Virus record (IMG/VR): IMGVR_UViG_3300045919_000302
Span: 1-64,000 of that record
Strand: one strand, 5' to 3'
DNA length: 64,000 nt
Origin: a virus
The position numbers and the translations under genes were made by a program. Below the pieces are notes generated by a model. That model was not told the origin of the DNA. It did not search any database and saw only the letters and a list, made by a program, of their open reading frames with translations. This document shows, in pieces, positions 1-9,498 of this stretch; position 1 is the stretch's first letter, and each line of letters begins with the position of its first letter.

Positions 1-569
1 GTGACGTTTCCTGCTCCATCCATATCGATTTTGAATTTTTCGAGCTGAGCCCTGAACTGCTTACCCGCATCCCCTCCCAGTGCGTCCTGGATTTGTTTGA
101 CGAACTCCTTAGACCCGGCAGAAAGATATTTGAAGACCTCCTGGAGTGGCCTACCCTTGCCGGAGACTTTGTCGTCGTGGGGGGCTTCGGAGCGCGTCTT
201 TTGTGACTTTGCCCCGGCCGGACCACCGACTCCACGGACCATCTTTGCTGTATTAGTGGCGATCTCCTTTAAGAATCTGACTTTCGCACCCTCAAAGCGA
301 GACGGAGCCCTGGCGGTGCTCCGCGTTTCTTTATGACTACTGCCACGAACCGACCCGGTGGGGCGGGCTGGGCCGGCATAACGGGTGCCGCCTCTTGGTT
401 TTTTTATTTTACCGATCGAAGCGGACGCGACATCACCGGCCATGCCAATATCGACAAGTGACTCTCCTATTCCGCTCAGCGCGGACTTGATTCCAAGGAG
501 CTTCTTTTCCAAACCCTTGTCGTTCGCGGTAAATGAAAATCCAAGACCGAGGAATCGTTTGTTCGGCAT
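1..569 (-). CDS. Probable tape measure protein, N-terminal part (runs off window)
   Basis: Manual translation MPNKRFLGLGFSFTANDKGLEKKL... is open to position 1. ATG overlaps the upstream stop (TAATG). Position after the frameshifted chaperone pair is typical for a TMP. Confidence 0.65.
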   Translation of the reverse strand, partial: MPNKRFLGLGFSFTANDKGLEKKLLGIKSALSGIGESLVDIGMAGDVASASIGKIKKPRGGTRYAGPARPTGSVRGSSHKETRSTARAPSRFEGAKVRFLKEIATNTAKMVRGVGGPAGAKSQKTRSEAPHDDKVSGKGRPLQEVFKYLSAGSKEFVKQIQDALGGDAGKQFRAQLEKFKIDMDGAGNV

Positions 570-754
570 TATCTACTCCGTTTTGCTGCCCGCTCCTGCG
601 CGATCTGCTGCTCTCGCATTCGCTGCTCCTTCCACAGTATCAGCCTTTGTCTCCGAGAGTAAGGCATGTCGTATATGTCCTGATAGTTGAGTCGCATGGC
701 CTCTATCAGGAAGGCTATCTCCTCTTCCATGTTATGGAGATGGCCTATAGGGAG
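569..754 (-). CDS. -1 frameshift extension of tail chaperone (gpGT/E'-like; could also start at ATG 730)
   Basis: The -1 frame after T TTT TTC (760-754) reads LPIGHLHNMEEEIAFLIEAMRLNYQDIYDMPYSRRQRLILW...SR*. Not in the ORF track. Confidence 0.7.
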   Translation of the reverse strand, partial: LPIGHLHNMEEEIAFLIEAMRLNYQDIYDMPYSRRQRLILWKEQRMREQQIAQERAAKRSR

Positions 755-1461
755 AAAAAACTTCTGCCATCCAATCGCAGTTGAGCCTTGTATTCATGGC
801 TACATTTTGGGCATACCGCGTCGAATTCATCATCGAAGTCACCCTCTTTAGAATCAATTTCTTCACGGAACTTTATGCGATCCTTGAGGCTCATGTTCAG
901 AACGTCAGCAATGACCGCAGGTTTCTTGTCAACCTCCGTACAACGAGCAAACAAGGCGATCGTGGCCGCGTTCTTCGTGGTCGCAAGCTTCTCAATCTTC
1001 GCGTCCGTTTCTCCGTCAGCGATCTTCCAACGGACCGTCCGGCCAGACGGGAGGGTTGCCTCGCTGAAAAGCATCTTCGCATCTGGAGGGTTCTTTACCT
1101 GAATTTGGTTTAGATCATAGTTGACCTTGTCTTCAGATCCACAGGAAGGGCACGTGGACTCAAACCTATATGAAGACCCGAGAGAAAGGGCTCTGAGCTG
1201 AACAAGGTAGAGCCATCGATCGGTGACGACCATCTTGTCGATGAGCTTCCTGAGAGTTGGCCTATCCGATATCCCTGAGAACTCCATCGTGCAGTTCAAC
1301 ATGACTTCGGATAGCTTCTGACCGGCCGTCATATTCGAGGCCATGATGTCCTCCTCTGGGCCGGCCATCTCTCTAAACTTAATGGACTTTAAAACCTGAT
1401 CGTCCTTCAACACCCCGGTTGGGAGGTCGATCCCCGATACTGCTGCGCGTGCTCCATCCAT
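745..1461 (-). CDS. Tail assembly chaperone / T4 gp26-like baseplate hub protein
   Basis: Two CxxC motifs (CPSC, CPKC), C-terminal FF, lies upstream of the TMP; SD GAAGGAG. Confidence 0.7.
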   Translation of the reverse strand: MDGARAAVSGIDLPTGVLKDDQVLKSIKFREMAGPEEDIMASNMTAGQKLSEVMLNCTMEFSGISDRPTLRKLIDKMVVTDRWLYLVQLRALSLGSSYRFESTCPSCGSEDKVNYDLNQIQVKNPPDAKMLFSEATLPSGRTVRWKIADGETDAKIEKLATTKNAATIALFARCTEVDKKPAVIADVLNMSLKDRIKFREEIDSKEGDFDDEFDAVCPKCSHEYKAQLRLDGRSFFSL

Positions 1462-1478
1462 CTCAACTCCTTCAAGTG

Positions 1479-1506
1479 TACGCGGGCCAGAAGCCTGGCG
1501 GGCGTA
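1479..1506. repeat. 28-bp spaced palindrome, copy 1
   Basis: TACG CGG GCC AGAAGCCT GGC GGG CGTA, intergenic. Confidence 0.85.
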
Positions 1507-1508
1507 GG

Positions 1509-1832
1509 TTACGATTTGTTTTCTGCCTGATCGAGGATCTTGTCGATCGTGGCTCTGGCTGGGATTCGGATCGTCTCTCCGGGGAGGAAGTCTGTCGGGA
1601 GATCCTTGTCGTTGGCAAGCAAGATCACCCAGAACAGCTCCGCATCCCCGTACTTGTCGTGGGCCACGAGGTCGATTCGCTTGGACTGACTGGAGTCGAG
1701 CGTAATGAACTCGTCATCCTGATGGTCGGGAATTTCCGGGTACTCGGTCTGATCCCAAAAGATCTTCCCCTGGAACTCCAGGAGGCGCGTCATGTTCAAC
1801 CAAGATCCCGCAGCGATGCGAACGTTACCCAT
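1509..1832 (-). CDS. Baseplate wedge gp53-like / tail X (LysM-like) protein
   Basis: RIDLVAHDKYGDAELFWVILLAND...GETIRIP motif. Confidence 0.75.
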   Translation of the reverse strand: MGNVRIAAGSWLNMTRLLEFQGKIFWDQTEYPEIPDHQDDEFITLDSSQSKRIDLVAHDKYGDAELFWVILLANDKDLPTDFLPGETIRIPARATIDKILDQAENKS

Positions 1833-1998
1833 CGGTCCTCTCCTTCTGGACGCGATCCTGGTGTTGCTCCATGTAGTCCCGCATGGCCTCTCGGACGACG
1901 TCGCTCATCGATCGGCCATCAATCGAAGAGAGCGTCTCCATGAAAGCGTACATGGGCTTTGAGATCCAGAGATTGATCCTGACCTTGTCTTGATCCAT
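1825..1998 (-). CDS. Ribbon-helix-helix (CopG/Arc-like) DNA-binding protein, 57 aa
   Basis: Manual translation MDQDKVRINLWISKPMYAFMETLSSIDGRSMSDVVREAMRDYMEQ...; beta-strand, helix, G-x-S-x-S, helix pattern. Confidence 0.7.
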   Translation of the reverse strand: MDQDKVRINLWISKPMYAFMETLSSIDGRSMSDVVREAMRDYMEQHQDRVQKERTDG

Positions 1999-2051
1999 GT
2001 TGCAGATGTTCTACGTAAGATAGACGTAGGTCAACACGTCAGTACGAAACG

Positions 2052-2711
2052 TCACTTGAGCTTGGCGAGGATGGCCTTAACCGCCTCGACTTGCTCCTTC
2101 AAGAGGCTGACGTCCGTTCCGTCCGCGATGTCGTACTTGTTGTCGTACTTTCGAATGTAGCCGTAAGCGTTCTGAAGGTCGCTTCCAATCAATCCGTGGA
2201 GGGCGTCCCCAAGATCTTGCAGCGTTTCACAGCGAGCCATTTCCTGGATCAGCTGGTCGGCATTGATGTAAGAGAGGTCGATAAAGCTGTGTGCGGCCGT
2301 TCCGGACTCTTTGATTTTCTTCCGGCGCTTACGCGGACCGATCGGAACGGGGTACCGGGCTACGTTTGCCGTCGAGGTGAACGAGGTGCCGGGGCCGGTG
2401 GACGCGCCCACGGCCGGCGGGGCGTCTTCAGCCAGATCTGGGTTCTCTTCCTTGGCCTTTGGCGACAGGAGCGTGACGATGTCTTTGTTGAGCGCCTTGT
2501 TATTCCAGAGCCTGGCGAGCTTCACGAGTTCGTCTGAATTCATGCCGAGAGAATTTTTCTTCAAGAACTGGTCAGAGAGCGCCGAAAAGAGTTCCTGGGT
2601 AGTGACCTCGGTCTTTGGGGCCTTCAACAGGGCCGAGATTCGTTTTAGATCCCAGTTCACGTACTTCATGTATTTGACGATGTGTTGGAGCTGGCTGAGG
2701 TTAAGGCGCAT
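2052..2711 (-). CDS. Hypothetical protein, possibly head-associated
   Basis: 219-aa ORF with LAE|D and IKE|S sites; promoter-like TCGAAA-17-TACGAT 6 nt before ATG. Confidence 0.55.
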   Translation of the reverse strand: MRLNLSQLQHIVKYMKYVNWDLKRISALLKAPKTEVTTQELFSALSDQFLKKNSLGMNSDELVKLARLWNNKALNKDIVTLLSPKAKEENPDLAEDAPPAVGASTGPGTSFTSTANVARYPVPIGPRKRRKKIKESGTAAHSFIDLSYINADQLIQEMARCETLQDLGDALHGLIGSDLQNAYGYIRKYDNKYDIADGTDVSLLKEQVEAVKAILAKLK

Positions 2712-2795
2712 GTCCAGATCGTATCTGAAGCCTGGGTCTTTTTCGACACATTTTCAATTGGGCCTTAATTGTTTACGATTGAATACGGAGGCCCT

Positions 2796-3119
2796 ATGAA
2801 AGTCATCTGGAAGCCCATCCTCGCAATCTGCATCCTCGACGCCGACGAGATCCCCCGGCCCACTCAGCCGGAGTCTTTCGATGGCGACGGCAGCCTCCTG
2901 GAGAAGATCCAGGCCATGCCTCAGGGCAGGCCGATCAACCTTCAGGCCGCATTCCTGCTGGCCCAGGATGAATTCTTCAACGCCATGGAGCGCGAAGACT
3001 TCGCCGCCGTCGATCAACTCATCGACGAACACTGGACCGAGAGTGTTTCGCGGCAGGGTTACAGGATCATCCTGAATGGATCTGAGTACGAAGTTTTCCA
3101 GAGCGAAGCGAGTCAGTAG
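2796..3119 (+). CDS. Hypothetical protein
   Basis: GGAGG SD before ATG 2796 (MKVIWKP). Confidence 0.55.
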   Translation: MKVIWKPILAICILDADEIPRPTQPESFDGDGSLLEKIQAMPQGRPINLQAAFLLAQDEFFNAMEREDFAAVDQLIDEHWTESVSRQGYRIILNGSEYEVFQSEASQ

Positions 3120-3145
3120 TTCCAGGCTGACGTACCCAACGCCGG

Positions 3146-3610
3146 TCAAGTTTTAATAAACTTGTACGCTTTATCTTGTTTAGACATTTTGAATGCCTGG
3201 GCAACTGCTTCCGGTGCGGCGCGGTAGATGTGCTTGCACAAGAATGGAATCTCTCGTGGGTTCGTGATCACGGGACGCTTGCCGTTGGAATACTCGATGC
3301 GGCTGGAGCCATGCTTTGCTAGGGCGTACTCCGCCACGAACAAAAAATTTGGACACGAGCACGAGACCCAGCAAGGGTTGTCCATCGAGATCCGCTCGAA
3401 GACGTTTTCGTGAATCTCTCCGGGGTACAGTTCAATCTCAATATCGTAATACTGGCTTTCCGTGACGGCCTTGCACCGAACAGTGAAGACAACCGTATCC
3501 AGATCCTTCCGCCTGGATCTGCTAACCTTCATGACCATCGCCGTGGTCTTTCTAGACCTGGCGACCACATCGGACGGAGTGTTTTGCATGAGTCTTCTAA
3601 GAGTCAGCAT
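3146..3610 (-). CDS. SWIM zinc-finger protein
   Basis: CSCPNF...CKHI motif. Confidence 0.7.
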   Translation of the reverse strand: MLTLRRLMQNTPSDVVARSRKTTAMVMKVSRSRRKDLDTVVFTVRCKAVTESQYYDIEIELYPGEIHENVFERISMDNPCWVSCSCPNFLFVAEYALAKHGSSRIEYSNGKRPVITNPREIPFLCKHIYRAAPEAVAQAFKMSKQDKAYKFIKT

Positions 3611-4188
3611 CAGAGCCCCAATGAGATCTCATCGACCTGATTCGGCCGAAGGGTGAGTTCCGCAATCGAGATATCGCCCCCAAGTGCGTCGAAGTCCGTC
3701 CCGGCCTTGTATCGGACCGGGATGCATTCCCGAAGGACCCAGGCCCGCGCCGGTACCCGGGTAACCAGATCGTTGAGCGGAAGCACAGCGTTCACGAGCG
3801 AGCCGATTCCATTACTTGGGATCGGAGATCCGAAGGGCGACACGTCGGAGAACTGAATCAAAAGCAGGTTCCTCCGCATGTTGACCTTGCCTCGAATACT
3901 TGCAGATATCCAGTCATAGAAGTCAGAACTAAAGAACTGGACACCCTGGTGCAGCTCGATGTCTGACACCGATGCACTCTTCGTGACGTGCTTTGGGTAC
4001 TCGTAGGTGCCCTCCTTCACGTCTCTCGTTTCCACATTAATCTCGGGCGCGGTGATGGATCTGAATCCGGCGGAGAGATTGAAGACGACCGGTGTGGCCA
4101 GGCTCACGTCCAGCAGGTGGAAACGGATGTTCGTCAGGTAGTCTGACATCCGCTGGCTGCGCGTAATTAGCGAAACTGGGCTCGCCAT
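3610..4188 (-). CDS. Tail tube protein (gp19 family) paralog 3
   Basis: GFRSITAPE..EG..ITL..G..DFDA..ISIAEL pattern shared with the two adjacent tube genes. Confidence 0.8.
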   Translation of the reverse strand: MASPVSLITRSQRMSDYLTNIRFHLLDVSLATPVVFNLSAGFRSITAPEINVETRDVKEGTYEYPKHVTKSASVSDIELHQGVQFFSSDFYDWISASIRGKVNMRRNLLLIQFSDVSPFGSPIPSNGIGSLVNAVLPLNDLVTRVPARAWVLRECIPVRYKAGTDFDALGGDISIAELTLRPNQVDEISLGL

Positions 4189-4733
4189 TAGGTCACCTGG
4201 ACGGTTGTGCCGGGATCACCTTGAAATACCTTAAAAGACTCGGGCTGGAATTCGATTTCCGCGATCGAGATGTCCGATGCCGTGGCGTCAAAATCGTGCC
4301 CAGGGCGGAACCGGAGCGGCGTGCAGTTCTTCAAAACAATCAGGCGCGACTGCTTGGCGACCGTGGGATTGAACTCGGGGGTCATTCCCGAGATGTCGGC
4401 TCGATGGAAGTGAACGATCGTGATGTCCGTGCGGTAATTTTTCCCCTCAGCAGCGGCCAAGATCCAGTTCGCGAACCGCGTGTCGCCAGCTACCACTCCT
4501 CTAGAAAGGGTAACAGAGGAGAACGTGGAACGGCCCGGAAACACCCGCTCGTAGGTCCACGTCCCCTCGGAATAGTGAATGGGCTCAACGTTGTGCTCTG
4601 GAAGCGTGCAATTACTGAAGCCGGCCGTAGGCTGGGATTGGATGAAATCCCCAGTGTCCATGACCATAAAGCGGAACGACTGGTAGAAGTCCGACCTCTG
4701 GTCATACCTGCCCTGCGGAGAGGCGACAGCCAT
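4188..4733 (-). CDS. Tail tube protein (gp19 family) paralog 2
   Basis: AGFSNCTLPE, YSEG, FPGRSTFSSVTLSRGV, DFDATASDISIAEIE. Confidence 0.85.
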   Translation of the reverse strand: MAVASPQGRYDQRSDFYQSFRFMVMDTGDFIQSQPTAGFSNCTLPEHNVEPIHYSEGTWTYERVFPGRSTFSSVTLSRGVVAGDTRFANWILAAAEGKNYRTDITIVHFHRADISGMTPEFNPTVAKQSRLIVLKNCTPLRFRPGHDFDATASDISIAEIEFQPESFKVFQGDPGTTVQVT

Positions 4734-4743
4734 TTACAGCTCC

Positions 4744-5265
4744 TTACGCCGCCGAAACTTCGACGCCGTTCACGAAGAGTCGGAAATATTCGTACTCGAT
4801 GTCCAAGTCCTCGATCGAGATCTCAGCAGACATGGAGTCGAAATCAGATGCCATCTTCACGCGATTCGAGAAGGCGTTGAAAAGACGGTATTCCCGGTAC
4901 GGGGTGGCGGTGCGGTACTCAACCATACCCGTCACATCGTCGCGATGGAAGTGCTTGATGATGAGGTTCGTGCGATAGGATTTGTTTTCCGCAGAGGCCC
5001 GGACCCATTTATAGAAGCTCGTGTCGTTCTTCACAACGCCCTTGGTGAGCGTGATCGGAGCGAAGGTCACTTCTCCCGGAAACTTGCGGCGATACAGTTG
5101 GGTGCCCTCCTGATACTCGACGGTTCCAACCGTCATCTCAGGGGCCACCAGCGTGTTGAAACCAGCCGCCGGAGTCGCGAGGTTCAGAAACCCCTCAGTG
5201 TCCGTGACATGGAACCGATGCATCGAAAACGGATCAGTAGATTGACTTCTTGCCGTACCGGACAT
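4744..5265 (-). CDS. Tail tube protein (gp19 family) paralog 1
   Basis: DPFSMHRF, YQEG, KFPGEVTFAPITLTKGV; directly follows the sheath gene. Confidence 0.9.
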   Translation of the reverse strand: MSGTARSQSTDPFSMHRFHVTDTEGFLNLATPAAGFNTLVAPEMTVGTVEYQEGTQLYRRKFPGEVTFAPITLTKGVVKNDTSFYKWVRASAENKSYRTNLIIKHFHRDDVTGMVEYRTATPYREYRLFNAFSNRVKMASDFDSMSAEISIEDLDIEYEYFRLFVNGVEVSAA

Positions 5266-5275
5266 AGCTCACTCC

Positions 5276-7081
5276 TTAGACCTGGGTTGCATCGAACACG
5301 CGCTGAAGACGCAGGTGGATGAATTCGGCTGCGATGTTTGGCTTGACGAATTCGTCGATAACGATTCGCTTGGCCTGCTGAACCGGAGCCGGATTGTTGG
5401 TCAGATCGCAGATGATCTTGTACGCCTGGGCCTTATCCGGAACTCCGCTTCCGATCACCTGACCGAGGAACTGGTTTTCCAAGAACGCATCCAGTCGAGC
5501 CGTGATCAGACCAAAGGTCACCGGCCCGACGTCTTCGAATACGATGTCGATGAGTCCAGCGGTCTGCGCCTTCTCCAGGAAGATGAAGAGCCTGCGGACG
5601 TTGACATCTGTGAAGTCTCCCACGACCTGAAGCGTCTTGTTGCCCCAAATTGCGTTTCCGACCTGATCGTCCGAGCGGAGAGGGTTGATCTGCGCCGGAT
5701 AGACGAGATCGCGTTCCGCCTTCGAGACCGTGCGTTCCAGGCTGGTGAAGAACGAGAGCTGGCCGCGAATGACGCCTGCCGCAGCCTTACCAACGTTCTC
5801 CTTTGAGTCCGTGTAAGCGAGACGTCCGGCGACATGGCCGCAGGGCGGGATAAGCTTGGGCCGGTTGCGGTTGAGGGGATCCGGAACGTTGATCCAGGGC
5901 CAGTACATCGCCGCGTAGCTGGAGGTTGACTTCAGCACGTTGCGCTTGTAGTTGACAGCGGCCTGGGCCGAGCATCCGGCCGGGGGCTGGATCAAAACCA
6001 GGACGTCACCACGAGCGGCGGCGTAACCGATCATCGCGAGATCAGTTACCGGATCTCCGGCGTAATCAGGAAGCGCAAGCGACAGCTGAATGTCCATGTC
6101 GTCGAGTGCGTAGATTCCGCGCTTCGAGGAGGCAAGTCCGACGCTCACAAGGTCAGAAGCAATCACCGCCCCACCGTCGGATCCGCCAGCAAGAGTCACC
6201 GTTACGCTTGCGGCGGGCTTGCGGATCATGTCGATCGTCAGCGCAGCGAGATTGGCCGGAGCCGGCGTGATCGTCACCGAAAGAGCGCCCGTAGCGTAAT
6301 CCACGGTGCCAGCGATGGCAGGACCACTCGGAACAGCAACGAGATTTCCTTGGCCATCGTCCACGGCAACCGTGGTTCCAGCGACCTTGACCTTGACGGT
6401 CGCTTCGGCAACCGGAAGGAAGGAGAGGGTTGTGCTGAAGGTGGCGATCGATCCATTTCCAGTGCCGAGAGAGATCGCGTTGTGCGTGGCCGGCTGGAGC
6501 GCGGCAGGAACTCCGCCCGCGTTGGCCGTCATGACAACGTCTTCGGACTCAGCGCTTACAACGTTGGGGAGATAGTCAGGATCCCCGGCATCAGTCAGTT
6601 CAAGACTTTCGAACTTCTCGCTGGTCACCAAAAGCCCGGTATCCGGATCGACCAACTCAATGGTCAGATCGAACTTCGAGTAGGTGGCCGTGGCCTGATC
6701 GTAGAAGCTCGGGTGGCCGCTGATCGTGACTTCAGCCCCATTCGCCCAGACGCCTCGACCGGAAGCCTTGGCGTCCCAGGTTCCAGCAAAGCTTCCTGTC
6801 GCTGCGGTTGCGTCGGAGTGTAACTCGCGAACGAAAACCAAGTCAGATCCGCCGTTCAAAAAGAACGCGGCAGCAGTATGGGCGTTTTTCGACTTCGACG
6901 TAAAACCGCCGAAACGATCGACGAACTCTTTCAAAGAGCCGTTGTGGTAAGCCTTCCCTTCGGGACCACGAGGGGAAAAACCTGCAATCGCAAAGGTCGA
7001 TGTCGAGGGAATCGGGACTTGCCCGTTTTTACCCTGGACCTCTTCCGTGGTGACGCCTGCTGAAAGAAATTCTGGTGCCAA
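5276..7081 (-). CDS. Contractile tail sheath protein (gp18-like)
   Basis: SAGVTTEE N-terminus, YAAMYWPW, PPCGHVAG, INPLR, WGNKT, VNVRRL, AEFI; probable TTG start at 7081 after GGAGG. Confidence 0.95.
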   Translation of the reverse strand: MAPEFLSAGVTTEEVQGKNGQVPIPSTSTFAIAGFSPRGPEGKAYHNGSLKEFVDRFGGFTSKSKNAHTAAAFFLNGGSDLVFVRELHSDATAATGSFAGTWDAKASGRGVWANGAEVTISGHPSFYDQATATYSKFDLTIELVDPDTGLLVTSEKFESLELTDAGDPDYLPNVVSAESEDVVMTANAGGVPAALQPATHNAISLGTGNGSIATFSTTLSFLPVAEATVKVKVAGTTVAVDDGQGNLVAVPSGPAIAGTVDYATGALSVTITPAPANLAALTIDMIRKPAASVTVTLAGGSDGGAVIASDLVSVGLASSKRGIYALDDMDIQLSLALPDYAGDPVTDLAMIGYAAARGDVLVLIQPPAGCSAQAAVNYKRNVLKSTSSYAAMYWPWINVPDPLNRNRPKLIPPCGHVAGRLAYTDSKENVGKAAAGVIRGQLSFFTSLERTVSKAERDLVYPAQINPLRSDDQVGNAIWGNKTLQVVGDFTDVNVRRLFIFLEKAQTAGLIDIVFEDVGPVTFGLITARLDAFLENQFLGQVIGSGVPDKAQAYKIICDLTNNPAPVQQAKRIVIDEFVKPNIAAEFIHLRLQRVFDATQV

Positions 7082-7144
7082 GTGCAATCCCTCCGTAGAG
7101 AAGATCTCTTTTGAGATCTTGCGGAAATTGCATCCATGCAACCC

Positions 7145-7810
7145 TTAAAGTCTGTGAAAGTATAAATCAAACCCAGTCGCCGAATCCACACTTACCGGAG
7201 AAGCCAAATCCAATTCGCCTTCTACTCGGACCGTTTGCGCATACCCTCTGGCTCTCGTGACTGGATCAATCACTTCTTGCAAACTTGTGATCGATCCCTC
7301 CCAGTAATACTCGTAGGAGCGCTGTAGATTCAAGCTATCGTACACCATGAGTCTACCGACTGGATAGAGGGCTTTCAACACATTTGAAAGAATCGCCTGT
7401 GCGGTGGTTTCGTATCGATCCCACGCAGAGATGGTGTACATTATGTCATGCGGAAAAGCCTGGGGCTTGGTCTCGTAAGCACCAAATCCTCGGCGTCCAT
7501 TGATCACGATCGGACTTCCAACGCCTACCTTGTACTCCAGCTGGCCCACGCCCATCCAGCGATGGTTCGCGATCTGGATGTCGTCACGGTTCACGCAGAT
7601 GAACGGGTAGATATTCTTTTTGAAGATCGGTTCCGGCTGTGAAAAATAGACGGGGACCTTCCTTGGTCCATCCTGAAATGGGACAGTGAGCGAGTAACAT
7701 GGGTCGGCAGGATTGCTGGGATTCGGGACCGCGCCCAATGTGGACAGGACGCCTTCGTCGAATGACCTTAAAAAAACCGTCCCCGTTTTAGAGTCGTGGA
7801 TCGGAATCAC
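7145..7810 (-). CDS. Tail terminator / completion protein (gp15-like)
   Basis: Position upstream of sheath; VPVYFSQPE, YPFICVNR, DIMYTI motifs. Confidence 0.55.
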   Translation of the reverse strand: MIPIHDSKTGTVFLRSFDEGVLSTLGAVPNPSNPADPCYSLTVPFQDGPRKVPVYFSQPEPIFKKNIYPFICVNRDDIQIANHRWMGVGQLEYKVGVGSPIVINGRRGFGAYETKPQAFPHDIMYTISAWDRYETTAQAILSNVLKALYPVGRLMVYDSLNLQRSYEYYWEGSITSLQEVIDPVTRARGYAQTVRVEGELDLASPVSVDSATGFDLYFHRL

Positions 7811-8093
7811 TCTGATCTCCCAGGAATCCGTCGTTCATAGCCTTCATCAGGGCTTCCTTCACAACGGGCAGGAAGCGTGAGAGCCATTCGGACTTCACAG
7901 TCTCTTCGTCCGTGAGATCCGGAATTTCCTCGATCTGCTCCTGCTCAACCAAAGAGTCGATGACCTCAAACACGATGTCGGAAGCGGCGTCGAAGTCTTC
8001 TTCGTCGCCATCATCCCCGATGAGTTCATCAATAATCTCAACGAGAGCTTCGTCGATCAAATCTTCTTTTGGGGCTTTGTCGAGATCCATCAT
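7788..8093 (-). CDS. Acidic hypothetical protein
   Basis: 101 aa, D/E-rich, overlaps both neighbours. Confidence 0.6.
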   Translation of the reverse strand: MMDLDKAPKEDLIDEALVEIIDELIGDDGDEEDFDAASDIVFEVIDSLVEQEQIEEIPDLTDEETVKSEWLSRFLPVVKEALMKAMNDGFLGDQSDSDPRL

Positions 8094-8911
8094 CTCACCT
8101 TGCTCTGGAAATCCTGAATCCTCTTCAGGTCTTTAACGCTCATTTTAGCACGGAAGTGTCTGAACAAGCGATATTTTGCAAATCTCGGATCCACCCAGAC
8201 TCGGATCAGATCCCGATCTTTTTCTAGAATCCTGATGCCTTCTCTTTTAATCCATCGAAGCGATGGCCGCCAGTGGGGCTTAGCTTTCTCCGTGAGTCCG
8301 AACTCCGCTCGAATAGCCTCCAGCTCCAGGTCGCGCACGACTCGAAGTCTCTCGTAGACGACATGCCGAGGAACAAAGGGCAGGCCATATTTGACCATCT
8401 TGCTCTTCGTCTGATCTCCGCGCTTGAAATTCTCATCGGCCACTCGGGACAGCTTGTCTTCGTCGATCTGCTTGACGATAACCTGGCCGGCCCTGGGGCT
8501 CGGAAGAAACGGGATTGTGTCCACCGTCCAGGGCCCGAGCGATTCCAGGATCTCAGAGACAGGATCGCCATCAATCCCAGGGAACCGACTCACGACACTG
8601 AGCAAACTAGTCTTCGGATCAATTTCTCCTGCCGCCAAAGACTTCGACGACGCGACGATCGCCCACCAGGATCTCTTTGCGCCATCACGAATCTCGGCGA
8701 TCATCAGTCGCTTCTTGTACTCGTCACTTCCAGGGATAGTCGAGATTGATTGAAGAAGGTGCTTGTAGAAAAGCTTCGTTCCGCGCTTTCCGAACTCAAA
8801 GAGGAACCATTGGTATCGATCGACGATATCCTTGCTCCCGTAGATCTTTGAGAAGTTTCCCCACTGACGTGAGGGCTCAATTTTTAGCAAGCTCGGTCGC
8901 CTGACTTCCAT
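8090..8911 (-). CDS. Hypothetical virion morphogenesis protein
   Basis: 273-aa ORF in the neck/tail operon; PHWRPS motif near C-terminus. Confidence 0.5.
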   Translation of the reverse strand: MEVRRPSLLKIEPSRQWGNFSKIYGSKDIVDRYQWFLFEFGKRGTKLFYKHLLQSISTIPGSDEYKKRLMIAEIRDGAKRSWWAIVASSKSLAAGEIDPKTSLLSVVSRFPGIDGDPVSEILESLGPWTVDTIPFLPSPRAGQVIVKQIDEDKLSRVADENFKRGDQTKSKMVKYGLPFVPRHVVYERLRVVRDLELEAIRAEFGLTEKAKPHWRPSLRWIKREGIRILEKDRDLIRVWVDPRFAKYRLFRHFRAKMSVKDLKRIQDFQSKVR

Positions 8912-9311
8912 CGCCGTAACCGAAAGCGACCTTCATGTAGTCGTTGAAAGCAAGGCCGTTGTCCATGGCCATCAACCCAAGAACCGCGAGCGACATGCGC
9001 TCAGGATCTCTCTTCTCCTTCGGAATCGGAACGAGGTCGCCGTAATCGATGAGCGCCTTGAACTTTTCGGAGCGGACCTTCTTGCCCTTGTCCCCGTGAC
9101 AGTAGTAGGTCCAGCCCTCGCGGGTGAATAGAAAGATAATGTAGTTCGTGCCACCCTTCACGGTCTTCGCCTCAAACACGTCCCCACGCTGGAAGACGCC
9201 AGCATTGGAATAGAGGATGGCGCTATTGCCGGTCTTCCGAGCGTTGTCCTCCATCTCCTTCATGGCCTTCTCGTACTGCTCCAGCATTTTCTGTTCTTGT
9301 TGGTTCAACAT
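8877..9311 (-). CDS. Hypothetical protein
   Basis: Probable start MLNQQ at 9311 with GGAG SD. Confidence 0.55.
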   Translation of the reverse strand: MLNQQEQKMLEQYEKAMKEMEDNARKTGNSAILYSNAGVFQRGDVFEAKTVKGGTNYIIFLFTREGWTYYCHGDKGKKVRSEKFKALIDYGDLVPIPKEKRDPERMSLAVLGLMAMDNGLAFNDYMKVAFGYGDGSQATELAKN

Positions 9312-9498
9312 CTTCAACTCCTTCAATCTTGATGAACTCACGCATGAGTTTTACCATCGTTTCACGAACATAAAGACCCCGCGACTGAACCGCGTGGATA
9401 AAACCACGGGCGACGCTCTCCTCTACCTTCACGGTGAAGGGGCGTCTGACCTCAGACGATTCCTCTGGAGCATCCCAGTCGATCCGATCCAGTTCCAT
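9223..9498 (-). CDS. Possible ribbon-helix-helix (ParG-like) protein
   Basis: RRPFTVKVEESVARGFIHAVQSRGLYVRETMVKLMREFI fits the RHH pattern. Confidence 0.5.
   Translation of the reverse strand: MELDRIDWDAPEESSEVRRPFTVKVEESVARGFIHAVQSRGLYVRETMVKLMREFIKIEGVEDVEPTRTENAGAVREGHEGDGGQRSEDRQ

Noticed and set aside
4744-7081. Bacterial eCIS/tailocin locus
   Set aside because: Capsid, portal, protease and terminase genes are adjacent, so this is a phage.
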